A DNA stretch of 63,645 nucleotides, the filler included, from Bigelowiella natans CCMP2755 (Eukaryota; Protista; Cercozoa), in the NCBI GenBank assembly GCA_000320545.1. It is 6 parts of 6 records of this genome, joined end to end, with 100 filler letters (N's around TTAATTAATTAA, not from the genome) between each part and the next. Parts side by side here need not be neighbours in the genome. Positions count along the whole stretch, not along the records: positions 37,573 to 53,319 come from ADNK01003303.1; positions 53,420 to 58,494 come from ADNK01002139.1; positions 58,595 to 61,847 come from ADNK01003083.1; positions 61,948 to 63,645 come from ADNK01002124.1; 2 more parts are not named here. One strand, 5' to 3'. The notes beneath the pieces were generated by a model. It was not told the origin of the DNA. It made no database searches and worked only from the letters and a program-made list of their open reading frames with translations. A program made the position numbers and the translations under genes. This document shows, piece by piece, positions 52,997 through 63,645 of this stretch. The stretch's first letter is position 1. Every line of letters starts with the position of its first letter.

Positions 52997-53298
52997 CGTT
53001 GAGTGTGTAGCTTTTTTCTTCTTCTTCTTCTTATTGTTATTGTTATTGTTGAGTGTGTAGCTTTTTTCTTCCTCTTCTTCTTCTTATTGTTATTGTTATT
53101 GTTGAGTGTGTAGCAGTAGTAGTAGGTCTATTGTGTTGAGTGTGTAGCTTTTTTCTTCTTCTTCTTATTGTTATTGTTATTGTTGAGTGGCCTAGCAGTA
53201 GTAGTAGGTCTATTGTGTTGAGTGTGTAGCTTTTTTCTTCTTCTTCTTATTGTTATTGTTATTGTTGAGTGGCCTAGCAGTAGTAGTAGGTCTATTGT
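52997..53298. repeat. Minisatellite at contig end
   Basis: gttgagtgtgtagcttttttcttcttcttcttattgttattgttatt units, partly interleaved with tagcagtagtagtaggtctattgt. Confidence 0.85.
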
Positions 53299-53319
53299 TG
53301 CCGTTATAACATATTCATC

Positions 53320-53419
53320 NNNNNNNNNNNNNNNNNNNNNNNNNNNNNNNNNNNNNNNNNNNNTTAATTAATTAANNNNNNNNNNNNNNNNNNNNNNNNN
53401 NNNNNNNNNNNNNNNNNNN
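53320..53419. other. Artificial contig spacer
   Basis: N44-TTAATTAATTAA-N44. Confidence 0.97.
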
Positions 53420-54042
53420 CCCCTCCCCGTTTTCCTCGCCTCGTGTTCGTCGTGTTAGGCTATGTTATTCGAGAGTTGTCGCCGTTATCGATCCTGGATG
53501 TGCGCGGGTAATTTATTGACCGCGATCAAATCCAATGTAGCGTTGCGACCGAGGAATAGCGTGAGGAGCAGGGATGTAACAACATGATGATTTTCTCTCA
53601 CTTTGTACAATATATGGAGACCTGATACAAATGACGTGGGTTTCTCCCCTCCTCCTTGTCCCCCCCATCCCCTCCTGTTCTGTCCCTCGTATCCCAGTCT
53701 CCGAATGAAGGACGAGCACGTGCAAGAAATCGCCGAAGCCTGCGCGTAAGTACCAACTCTAATCTACTATTGGATTGTCTTTCTCTTCTTCGATGTCCAT
53801 GAAACACCAAGTAGCAACGTCACCATGGTGTTCTGTAAGATATACCCTCACCCCGCTCTTTGGCGGTGCATATGAACGATAAAACACAGGTCTCTGCCTC
53901 AGGAGAGCTCCTTCGCGGTTGGTTGTTGAGCGTGTGTGGTGATGATGCGTGCTTGGAGTGCACTTGTTTGAAGGAGGAGTCGTCGTGCTGAGAACCGATG
54001 ATATTATGTTTGTGACACGCCGTATGCGCCAGCCTAACAGTG

Positions 54043-54130
<88 letters not shown>

Positions 54131-54155
54131 TATATATGTGTATATGTATCACCAG

Positions 54156-54415
54156 GAGCTGAAGTCGCAACACAGCTTGCCTGTTTTGCCGCTAAGAGCC
54201 AATGACCTCGAGGTGATGACCTTCCTACTACTATTAATGATGATAATCATGATAATAGCGACGGGGTTGATTATGAGAATGGTGATGATGCGTATTGCTG
54301 CAGCAGTGAAAGAGTAGCTACTGTGATATGGAAATGTGTGTACAAGCGATGTGTATGTGTGTTTGCCAACGTGCATCTTATTATGATGTTGTTGCATCTT
54401 TGGTTACGTGTGTTA

Positions 54416-54461
<46 letters not shown>

Positions 54462-54607
54462 TGAGTAAGCTAAACGTGTGTGTTTGTGTTTGTGTGTTTG
54501 TGTTCGTATCGTATTGATGACAACAAAATCATCATCATCATCATCATCATCCACATGTGAAACAAGACGTTGGAGTTCACCCAGATGACTAAGCACGACG
54601 TTATTTG

Positions 54608-54640
<33 letters not shown>

Positions 54641-55645
54641 ATCGTAGCAGCTTTGTCAGTAGGCAACACGAAAACAGACACATTGAGAAACCACTCTATT
54701 TCCAAAAAGAGGGAGAGGCAGAAGTACAAATCGCCGCAGCTTGTCATCGTCATCCTCGTCATCATCATTATCATGCGTCTAGGCACACTGTTTGCTTCAA
54801 CATTATTTTCCCTTCATTCGAGTAGTAATCCCCTTTCACCTTCCTACCCCCCCCCCTTCCCCGTAACTACACAAGGCTTTTCGCTCTTCTCCGACTCAAT
54901 AAATCGGTATTATTACTATTATTCCATTCATTCATAATGATATTGTCAACGTGTCGCAAGAGAGCGAACGAAGAGGGAGGAGATCGATCTATCTGTATGC
55001 AGCTGCTGATGAGAGTGACGGACGAGCCGTTCGCCTAAACAAAACCAACCAAACCAAGAACAACCCTGCCACAATCATTCACACCATCCAGCTCACCCAT
55101 CTGTCCGTCAATCGCTTTGTCTCAACGACGACAACGAAGATGGCTGCTGCTACTTGCACGGAGTATACATCATAGGCACGCATAAGCATACTTAGACCCT
55201 TTCCCCCTCCCCCCTCCTCAGGTGCAAAAGATCATCATCAAGCACACAGATCTGGACATCGTGGAGTGCAAGGCTATATGCAAGGTGCTACTACGCGATT
55301 GTATTGAGACGGTGTAATACTGGCGAATCCAATGATGTAAGGGGCCTGAGATATTTATAGCATATGATAACTCGTCTTCCTGCTTCCCCCCCTCCCAGGG
55401 TGTGGACAACCATTCCATCCGGCACTTTGAGTTGCGTGGCTGCGACATCGACGATACAGGTGCAGCAGCAGCGTGTGGCTTCGTTGTTGGGAGCCATAGA
55501 TGATGCTCTGCCTACGAGATGTTTCTTAAACACAGTAGAAGAAGAAGAATCATTATGATGATGATGATGATGACGCCAACGATTTAAAGAGTATGATATA
55601 ACATCACTCCTCTCTTGCTCTGTTTGTTTCCCCCCCCCCCCCCCC

Positions 55646-55696
<51 letters not shown>

Positions 55697-56453
55697 TTCG
55701 TTCTTTCTCTCTCTTGTGCCTCGCAGAACTCGTAACGCTCGGATCCTCGCTATCACAGCTGCCTAGGCTAGAGGTATTGTTTGCTGCTGTTGTTGTAGTT
55801 GGTGTTATGTTCGTTTTTTATTCTCGTCGTACGTATTACCTGTCCACTCTAGCAGCAATTGTCCCAATGCCTCGGTGAGCAGGAAGATCAGCGCATCTCT
55901 TTATAATCAACAATAATTTGATATATTAAAATGAAGTTTGGTGCTGGGATGATGATGACACTTGCGCCTCCTTTCATCGTGGTGGTTGTTATCGTCGTCA
56001 TTTGTTTAGGTGCTGCGGCTGCGCGACAACGTATTCACGGATAAAGGCGGTGTGATTCTGGGAAATATAAAGACCATCACGGACCTAGACATCTCCGGTT
56101 TATCATAGCAGCAGTAGTAGTAGTAGTAGTAGTAGTAGTAATAGAAGTTGTTGTTGTTGTTGGATGTTGCTGGTAATAATATGGTGGGTCCATATGCGCA
56201 ACATGGCTGCAGCTGAAAGTCATGATCTTCTTCATCTTCTTCTTCTTCTTCTTCTTCTGTCGTCGTACATATCCATATCTTGTGTGTGGGATGAGTGATG
56301 AGGATGGTCATGACCGTGGTGTTTCGATTATTGTCAGGTTGTGTTGGGATCACGGATCTTACTGTGAGTAGCAGCAGCAGCCTCCCTCTACATCCAGCCC
56401 CCCCCCTCCCCGCACATGAAAATACATAGACTCTTTCACCTTCACCGCACACA

Positions 56454-56497
<44 letters not shown>

Positions 56498-57134
56498 TGT
56501 TGCTACTAACTCCTCCTCCTCCTCTTGCTAACAGGTTCAAGTAGTAGCTAAAGAATGTAAGAACATCCAAGCGCTAGATCTGTCGCGGTGCCTCGGTATT
56601 ATTATTATTATTATTATTATCATTATATATTCGCAGCGTGTCGTCGTGTCTCTTTTTCTCGGTCAATTCCTGGTTCTTCTTCTTCTTCTTCTTCTTCTTC
56701 TTCTTCTTCTTCTTCTTCTCCTCGCTACTACGCCGTCGTCAAGTGCCAGACGGCGCACCATGAGTTGTTCTCTGATAACGAAGATAACCATCATCATCAC
56801 CATCGTCATGATGCATTCACGTTGTTGTTGTTGATGATGATGATTTGCGGTGCAGGTGTGTCGGACGTCGGTGCGGGCGCTATTGCAAGAATCACAGGTA
56901 GTACATGATGGGTGGCTGCCCGATATATTCATTCATTCATTCATTCAACGAGTAAACAATTGACCAATACAACGACAACAACAACGACAACAACAACAAC
57001 AACAATAACAACAACAACATCGCCCTCTGTCTATCTACGCATCATCTTTCAGGCTTGCGTGATCTGAACCTCTCGGAATGTGTCAACCTCACGGACAAAG
57101 CGATTGGTCGCATCATTAGCAGCACCACCCTTCT

Positions 57135-57171
<37 letters not shown>

Positions 57172-57935
57172 AATGATGAACGTTAAAATAAATGGTTCTT
57201 TGGATGGGCCCACCATCTACTCCGGACCTTTCCCCCCTCTACTACAACGCGCATGTGTTGAAAAACCGTTTTTATTGTTGTTGTTGTTGTTGTTGTTGTT
57301 ATTATTATTGTTTTGACTTGTTCGCTGGTGTCTCTTTTAACTAGAATCCATTGCCAAGTCGTGTCCGGTGCTGAGTCGCGTGGATATCACGAGCTGCAAA
57401 AATATTGGGGGTGGGTGACGTGATTGAGCGCGTAGAAGTAGTCTTAGGAGGAGGCGGAAAGACATGATGATCTCCAGCTACAGTGCCACTCATTCAATGA
57501 ATAGATAGCTGCTATCTTGCTCTAGCTAGCCGTGCTGCTCCTTGGCATGCATCATCACCCACTACTGCTGCTGCTCCTACTAAATCAAACAGCTACCATC
57601 AGCACTGGTGTTTCACCCGTAATAATAATAATACACCCTTCCTTCACATCCATATGTAGGCAAGAACTGACGTATTAATACTCAACAATGACAACTAATA
57701 ATAGGTGCTGCCATCGTTGCTTTGGCCAACGGATGCCCGAACTAAGAAGCGCTCACTCTAAACTTCTGTGAGAACATGCAGGTAGTTTACACAGAGAAAG
57801 GGGGGGAGGGGGGGGGGGAGGTCAGCGCCTAGTATGGCACATTACTGAGAGGCGATGGGGTAGAGAGAGCTACTACGAATACACGATTCAATATATATAT
57901 ATATATATATATATATTAATATATATTATGATATA

Positions 57936-57966
<31 letters not shown>

Positions 57967-58184
57967 AACAAATAACATATCTTTGCACCAGGACTCGGCG
58001 ATCATCCATCTTGCGAAAAAATGCACGAAGCTGAAGCTGTTGCATCTTGGTACTGCTTAGAAGTGGGAATGGAGGGGGGGCGGGCTCTGTGAGCGTTTTG
58101 GCTCGTCGATTCGATCATTTATCGTCCTCTTCCTAGGCATGGAAGACCGGATTATCTTCATATATAAATATATAAATATATACA

Positions 58185-58226
<42 letters not shown>

Positions 58227-58274
58227 TTATGAAAAGGTCACTGTGGAAAACTGACCGACAAAGCTATCACACAG
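54156..58274 (+). CDS. Leucine-rich-repeat protein (RI-like then cysteine-containing LRRs, FBXL/AMN1-like), partial, one in-frame TAA
   Basis: Exons [34 protein letters not shown]|GCVGITDLT|[36 protein letters not shown]|[34 protein letters not shown]|[13 protein letters not shown]. Confidence 0.82.
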
Positions 58275-58494
58275 GTATGTATGTTTGGCTGTATATATCC
58301 GCCTATTCTACGGCTGCGATCCACTCGTTGTTGCCTCTCTTCTTTTGATGATGTTATTGTCAATTGTCGCACAAGGAGCATGGGTGTGTAGTGAGTGTGT
58401 GTGTGGAATGGGCGACCCCGCGGAGGACCCTGAAGCCCTAAAGCAAGTCAGGCTCTCTCTGGTACCCCTGATAATTAAACGCAGAAACTTTTAG

Positions 58495-58594
58495 NNNNNN
58501 NNNNNNNNNNNNNNNNNNNNNNNNNNNNNNNNNNNNNNTTAATTAATTAANNNNNNNNNNNNNNNNNNNNNNNNNNNNNNNNNNNNNNNNNNNN
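58495..58594. other. Artificial contig spacer
   Basis: N44-TTAATTAATTAA-N44. Confidence 0.97.
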
Positions 58595-58942
58595 CCCCCC
58601 CCCCCCCCCTCTCCTCATCGAAGCGAGTCATGATCGCACTATCGCGCACGGTGTGTGGTTGAAGACCCAAAGAATTGTTGAATTAGTGGGAGTAGTAATC
58701 GTAGTAATAGCACTAGTACCTCACTATGCTCTGGCTTCGACTCTGTCGGAGATTCGAAAATTTGAATTTTCCCATAAATGCTCTTGTATTTCCTAGTGCG
58801 ACAAGGATATTCGCATCTGTCTAAAACGACCATGGTTTTTATCCTGCGACAATCAAATATTTCCGGATATTTCTAGTATTTTTTCCGATTAAAAGCCGTC
58901 CGTCACCGCCTCCCCGAGAGAAAGAAGTAGCGAGGCAGCACG

Positions 58943-60148
58943 ATGAGCACGAAACCCGAAGTCAAGTTCGACGGACCTGAGAATAGTGGCCGAGTAAAGG
59001 ATGGACCTGTGTGTGTGACGGGGGCCAGTGGCTTCGTGGCGTCGAACATCATAAGGATGCTGCTCGAGAAGGTTATCAGATATTTATTTGTGCACACCTC
59101 ACAACACATGCAGTCATTCCCGTTAGCTTCCAAATTACAACGAGATCACCAGCCCTTAGCTTTGCGCCCTGCACCAGTTGGGAATATCTATCCGCACATT
59201 TGTGTTTGTGAATAGCGGCGTAACCTTGCGAATAATGTGCAGGGCTATGTCGTACACGGGACGGTTCGGAACAAGTCTAATAAGAAGAAGGTCGGCCATT
59301 TGATGTCCCTTCCGGGAGCCACCGAGCGCCTAAAGCTGTTCGAAGCTGACTTGCTCAAAGAAGGGTCCTTCAAGGATGCGATTGCAGGGTGCGCGTGCGT
59401 AATGCACACGGCCTCCCCGTTCTTTTGGAAGTCAGCAACGGAAGAATCGCTTGTGACGCCGGCGCTCAAAGGCACTGAAAACGTCCTGGGCTCGGTCACC
59501 GCTTCTGGAACCGTGAAGACCGTCGTCCTGACGTCATCTACCGCCTCGATCACGGTTGCCACGGGTCGCGATACCAACCACGTGATTACCGAGAAGGACT
59601 GGTCGGATACGAAGTTCATGCGCGAGCACAAGATCTGGTACCCACTCTCCAAGACGCTGGCAGAGAAGAAAGCCATGGAGATGGAGAAAGAGGCAGGTGG
59701 AAAATGGAAGCTCGTCGTCATGTGCCCGTCGTTGGTCTGGGGTCCGATGCTGCAGCCAACGGTCAACACATCTTCCAGTGTCGTGATGAACTACCTCGAT
59801 GGGACGGAGAACGCGCTTTCAGCGGATAAGTCCAACACCGTTGTCGACGTTCGCAACGTGGCTCTAGCTCATATTCTTGGGTACGAGAACAAAGAAGCGT
59901 CTGGGCGCTATCTGCTGATTGGCGGCAATGTGCTGGCCTCGGAGGTCTGCTCGATCCTGAGAGAAAAGGAGCCCGAGAATGCGAACATACCGAAGCAGTC
60001 CACGAAAGAGCTTAAACCGCCGTCGAAAGTCACAGTGTTCAGCTGTGCTAAAGCGACGAAGGAGCTTGGCATCAAATTCATCTCCCCGAGGGACCAAGTG
60101 CTGGCTACCTACGAAAGCCTCAAACACCACAACCTGCATCCGAAGTAG
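58943..60148 (+). CDS. Extended SDR, cinnamoyl-CoA reductase / dihydroflavonol reductase-like NAD(P)-dependent oxidoreductase
   Basis: Exons 58943-59071 and 59243-60148. Motifs VCVTGASGFVAS, VHGTVR, LFEADLL, HTASP, TSS, catalytic WYPLSKTLAE (YxxxK), GPMLQP, VDVRNVALAHI. Confidence 0.93.
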
Positions 60149-61253
60149 CATGTGGGGGCGAACGCACATATAGGGAGAACTGTTATTTGGCACATGCAGC
60201 TATTGCATGTTTGCGATCAGCGCCAGTTGTGCATTATGCATGATAACAGCTATTTAAAAAATGCATGTGCAAAGAAAAACACAGTAGCTTGTTGCACCAA
60301 GTTTCCAGCGTGTTAACGAGTAGTGCACTTAATATGACTAGAGTAAGCAAAGTTGGCTAACATGCTAGCTAACATGAAATGAAGCTGCATGCGCTGTGCC
60401 AAATGCGAAACAACAAATGAATCAGCATACTGTACACGACTCGCACAATTAGCTTATGCTAGTATGATTCAACCCATGCACCGTACGTACACGTACATCA
60501 TTGTATATAATTGTAGCATTGTTGTTACCTGCATAGCATAGTCGTCTGCGTATCGTATTATAGTATAGTGGCGATAAGTACGTCATATTGTCAGCAACCT
60601 GCGTGCATCGCATCGTTGCCAGCTGACGTACAAGTCACGTAGCAGGAGCAAACGATGATGATGCTGCTCGGTGCAACACTGTGGTTGGCACTGATGCTGC
60701 GAGAACGTACAAGTACATTCTAGAGAAGCTAACTGCAGTCATCTATGATCATTGCCCCGAACAAGCATATGCAGCAGCGCGATGACGACATGCATGCATA
60801 GTCCCGCTTGCACACGCAGCATACATGCATAGACGATTACTAACCTTTACTAGTTCGTTGATGAAGGGAGTCAGCCCAAGCGAAAACGGACCCAATGCAT
60901 GTAATTACATGTTACATTCAGGTATCTGCTCCGGTGCATGCTTCCAACATGTGTCGTTAAACTGTACATGTAGTTCCTAATGTGCTCAATCAGGCTGATA
61001 ATGACCGCAGCGGCAGCGGCGGCGGCGGCGTGATGGTGGCTGTGGGACTCCCAGGATTCATCACTTTCCCTCAGCGAAACTGCTGAATTCTCGCGTTATC
61101 TTGCTTATTCGTGAAAAGATATGATGGGCAAGCGACCCAAAAAAAATGTATATAGGCTGGAAGTTGGTGATTTGAGAGATGTCATTCGAACGAGAAATGC
61201 ATGTGGGAACGTGAGTGAGTGAAAGTGTGAGTGTGGGTATGAGTGTAGGTTTG

Positions 61254-61291
<38 letters not shown>

Positions 61292-61498
61292 GAGAGAGAA
61301 CTTGCAGACGTGTCAAAACAAACATCTCCAAGAAGAAAATTTTGCTATAATTACACAATTAACCCTTCTTCCGTCTCTCCCTCCCCCCACTGTATATTTA
61401 TATTTGATATCCGATATCCGGTTTCAAACAGAACACATTGCATCTATGCTTGATAAAGGAGGCAGCGGCTTATTTTCGACTAAAGAGGGCTGCTCATG

Positions 61499-61539
<41 letters not shown>

Positions 61540-61847
61540 CATCTGTCTCGTACACATTTCTATACGAATATGACAGTGCGGCTGCTGCTATTTTAGGCCG
61601 CTCGATGGCTTGGCAGAGTAGTATGTAAAGGAGGGAGAGGCGCCATATCGTTTAAACGAAAAAGAAATTCAGATTCAGCGCTGATGATCTTGTTCTTCTT
61701 CCCCCCCCTCCTCCTCCTCCTCTTCCTGCTTCTCCAATGCGGTCACTGGAGAGAGGCGTCATGGCTATCTATTGCTGCAGCTGGTATGAGCCCATCGCAA
61801 CGTCCAAAAGGTAGGACGAGGTCTCGTAGGCCCTGATACACACACAC

Positions 61848-61947
61848 NNNNNNNNNNNNNNNNNNNNNNNNNNNNNNNNNNNNNNNNNNNNTTAATTAAT
61901 TAANNNNNNNNNNNNNNNNNNNNNNNNNNNNNNNNNNNNNNNNNNNN
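61848..61947. other. Artificial contig spacer
   Basis: N44-TTAATTAATTAA-N44. Confidence 0.97.
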
Positions 61948-62110
61948 CCAGTCGGAGTTCTCAGAGCAGGCCTCCTCGAGCTGGGATGCGCACGTGTCCC
62001 TTGAGAGACTCTCCGGAGAGGCGTTTGCATTCTCCTGGTGCAGTATCAAAGACCACGTGTAACCTCCTGATATCGAATAAATATATATATATCAATATAT
62101 ACATATATAT

Positions 62111-62162
<52 letters not shown>

Positions 62163-62432
62163 ATTTATTTATGCACATGTACATCTTATATGTTGTGTGC
62201 TGTTGCGAGAGGTCTATTGATGCCCTCAGCGCTGCTGCAGCCTTAAAGGTGTAAGATACTGCTACGGAGTGCCTTGTTCTAAGATTCGTTCTTGCACGGC
62301 GCCCATCGTCTCGTTCCACGCTCTGGTGATATCGGCGATTTCCTCGTCGCTGAGCCCCATGTCTACTTGGCTGTACCTGAGGATCAAAGTCAGGAGGAGA
62401 GGTTGCTGCAAGTTATAACTTCGAATATTAAG

Positions 62433-62478
<46 letters not shown>

Positions 62479-63343
62479 TCATTTAACATGTAAAGAACAC
62501 CAAGTACAGCGTGCTGCAGCATAGGGAGCAATATTTTCGTCGTCATCGTACTAGTAGTAGCAGTAGCAGTAGCAGTAGTAGTAACAGTAACAGCAGCACC
62601 CATTCCCCCCCCCCCTCCTCCTCCTCCTCGCCGAGAATCATCAATCACGACGCACACTACTTGTCTATCTCCGTTGGTCCTTGCTCTGGGTCGTTACAAG
62701 GGCACCCCGCAACACTTGGATCCGACTAGGATTGAGCAAAGGACGAAGAAAGGAAGAACAAAGGAAAGAATACCAGCATATCAGATATGTGCTCATCCAT
62801 CATCGTTTATCATAGAGCGGCTGCAAATTCGAACAGCACAGGAGAGCCCAATTCAACTCCTCGACGAGAGTTCCAACAATTCCCAAGCACAGAAGATGAT
62901 GATGAAGTCAGTCTGACGACTTGGCTCTACTACTACCTGTCGCTCACTGCTATATTCTACTCCTACTACCACCACCTCCACTACTTCTTCTTCTACTACT
63001 GCAGCACCTTGCAAATCAAGTTTGAGCACCAATAGTCATCGATGAAGAACCTAGCAAGCATTTCATAAAGCAGCAGTAGACAAATATCATGATGATGCTG
63101 ATGGATGACAATGCGCTGTGAAAGGATACAACCCAAGCGAAGTAGGAGGAGGGGGGGGGACAATCACTCGTAAGAATACGATCGTCGATGGATATGCTTA
63201 CACTACTACCCATCGATGTTCGCATTTCCAAGCCCTGAGATATCACTGGAGATTATCTCATCCAGTAGCCAGTCACGCAGCATGCTCCCGTTTCGATGAT
63301 CAAACAGGTATTCTCCGCACGGCTGTGACCCGCAGTCGCATAT
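61948..63343 (-). CDS. Uncharacterised Cys-rich protist protein, possibly glycoside-hydrolase-like; internal fragment
   Basis: Exons ICDCGSQPCGEYLFDHRNGSMLRDWLLDEII..GLGNANIDG, YWCSNLIC, GCPCNDPEQGPTEIDK|YSQVDMGLSDEEIADITRAWNETMGAVQERILEQ|GGYTWSLILHQENANASP. Coding is clear; the function call is weak. Confidence 0.6.
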
Positions 63344-63645
63344 CTAGGGGGGGGGGGGGGGGGGGACAAGGAGGAGAGGGAGAGAAAAGAAAAAAAAACT
63401 TTCATCCGGGGGGGTGGGGGGTCCTACATAGTGGAAAGGGATGATACACCTGACCCTCTTGTCTTGGTGAGGAAGATAACGTCAGAACCGTCATAACTTT
63501 TGTCTGCGACAGGACCTTTGAAGTTTCAAAAACCTTGTCAAGTGAGAATTGTACAGATGTTGCTTACAATTCAAATCTCATATGAATACTCTTGTCTCAC
63601 TCTGCTTTCGGTCAAAGGTACACTGCCTCCCTCCATCTCTGCTGA

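Noticed and set aside
48500-58400. Many ORFs with poly-Y/V/L/H/I tracts
   Set aside because: Translations of intronic microsatellites (TAG, CAT, TA, CA, GA repeats).
60960-61847. 3' part of a minus-strand gene
   Set aside because: Exon-like fragments only; frame and product unresolved.
24245-61947. Five identical N44-TTAATTAATTAA-N44 blocks as a biological repeat
   Set aside because: Fixed 100-nt assembly spacers with stops in all frames.

Overview
Intron-rich eukaryotic nuclear DNA made of six unrelated contigs joined by artificial 100-nt spacers (N44-TTAATTAATTAA-N44), so adjacency across spacers has no biological meaning. A TTAGGG telomere, short GT-AG introns and plastid proteins (plant-type trigger factor, RsmE) with signal-peptide-like bipartite leaders suggest an alga with a secondary green plastid (chlorarachniophyte-like; inference). 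Genes assembled by hand from exons: an ankyrin-array/Rho-N-like/SAM/caspase-like protease; a rhodanese/pseudo-DSP/charged-helix/GNAT fusion; RsmE; a cNMP-RGS protein; a Ras-like pseudo-GTPase; a cAMP-receptor-like GPCR; a coiled-coil protein; a PNGase F-family protein; trigger factor; an F-box beta-helix protein; eIF2D; an LRR protein; a CCR-like reductase; and several hypothetical genes. Two signals stand out. (1) The ankyrin gene encodes one repeat per phase-symmetric 99-nt exon in a mosaic exon-intron array that varies mainly at binding-surface residues and is fused to a putative death protease, a candidate diversifying immune receptor. (2) TpA is nearly eliminated, apparently by TA->CA/TG changes, in the subtelomere and in that same array, suggesting a repeat-targeted mutagenesis opposite in direction to fungal RIP. 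Exon boundaries and dinucleotide counts were read by eye and may be off by a few.
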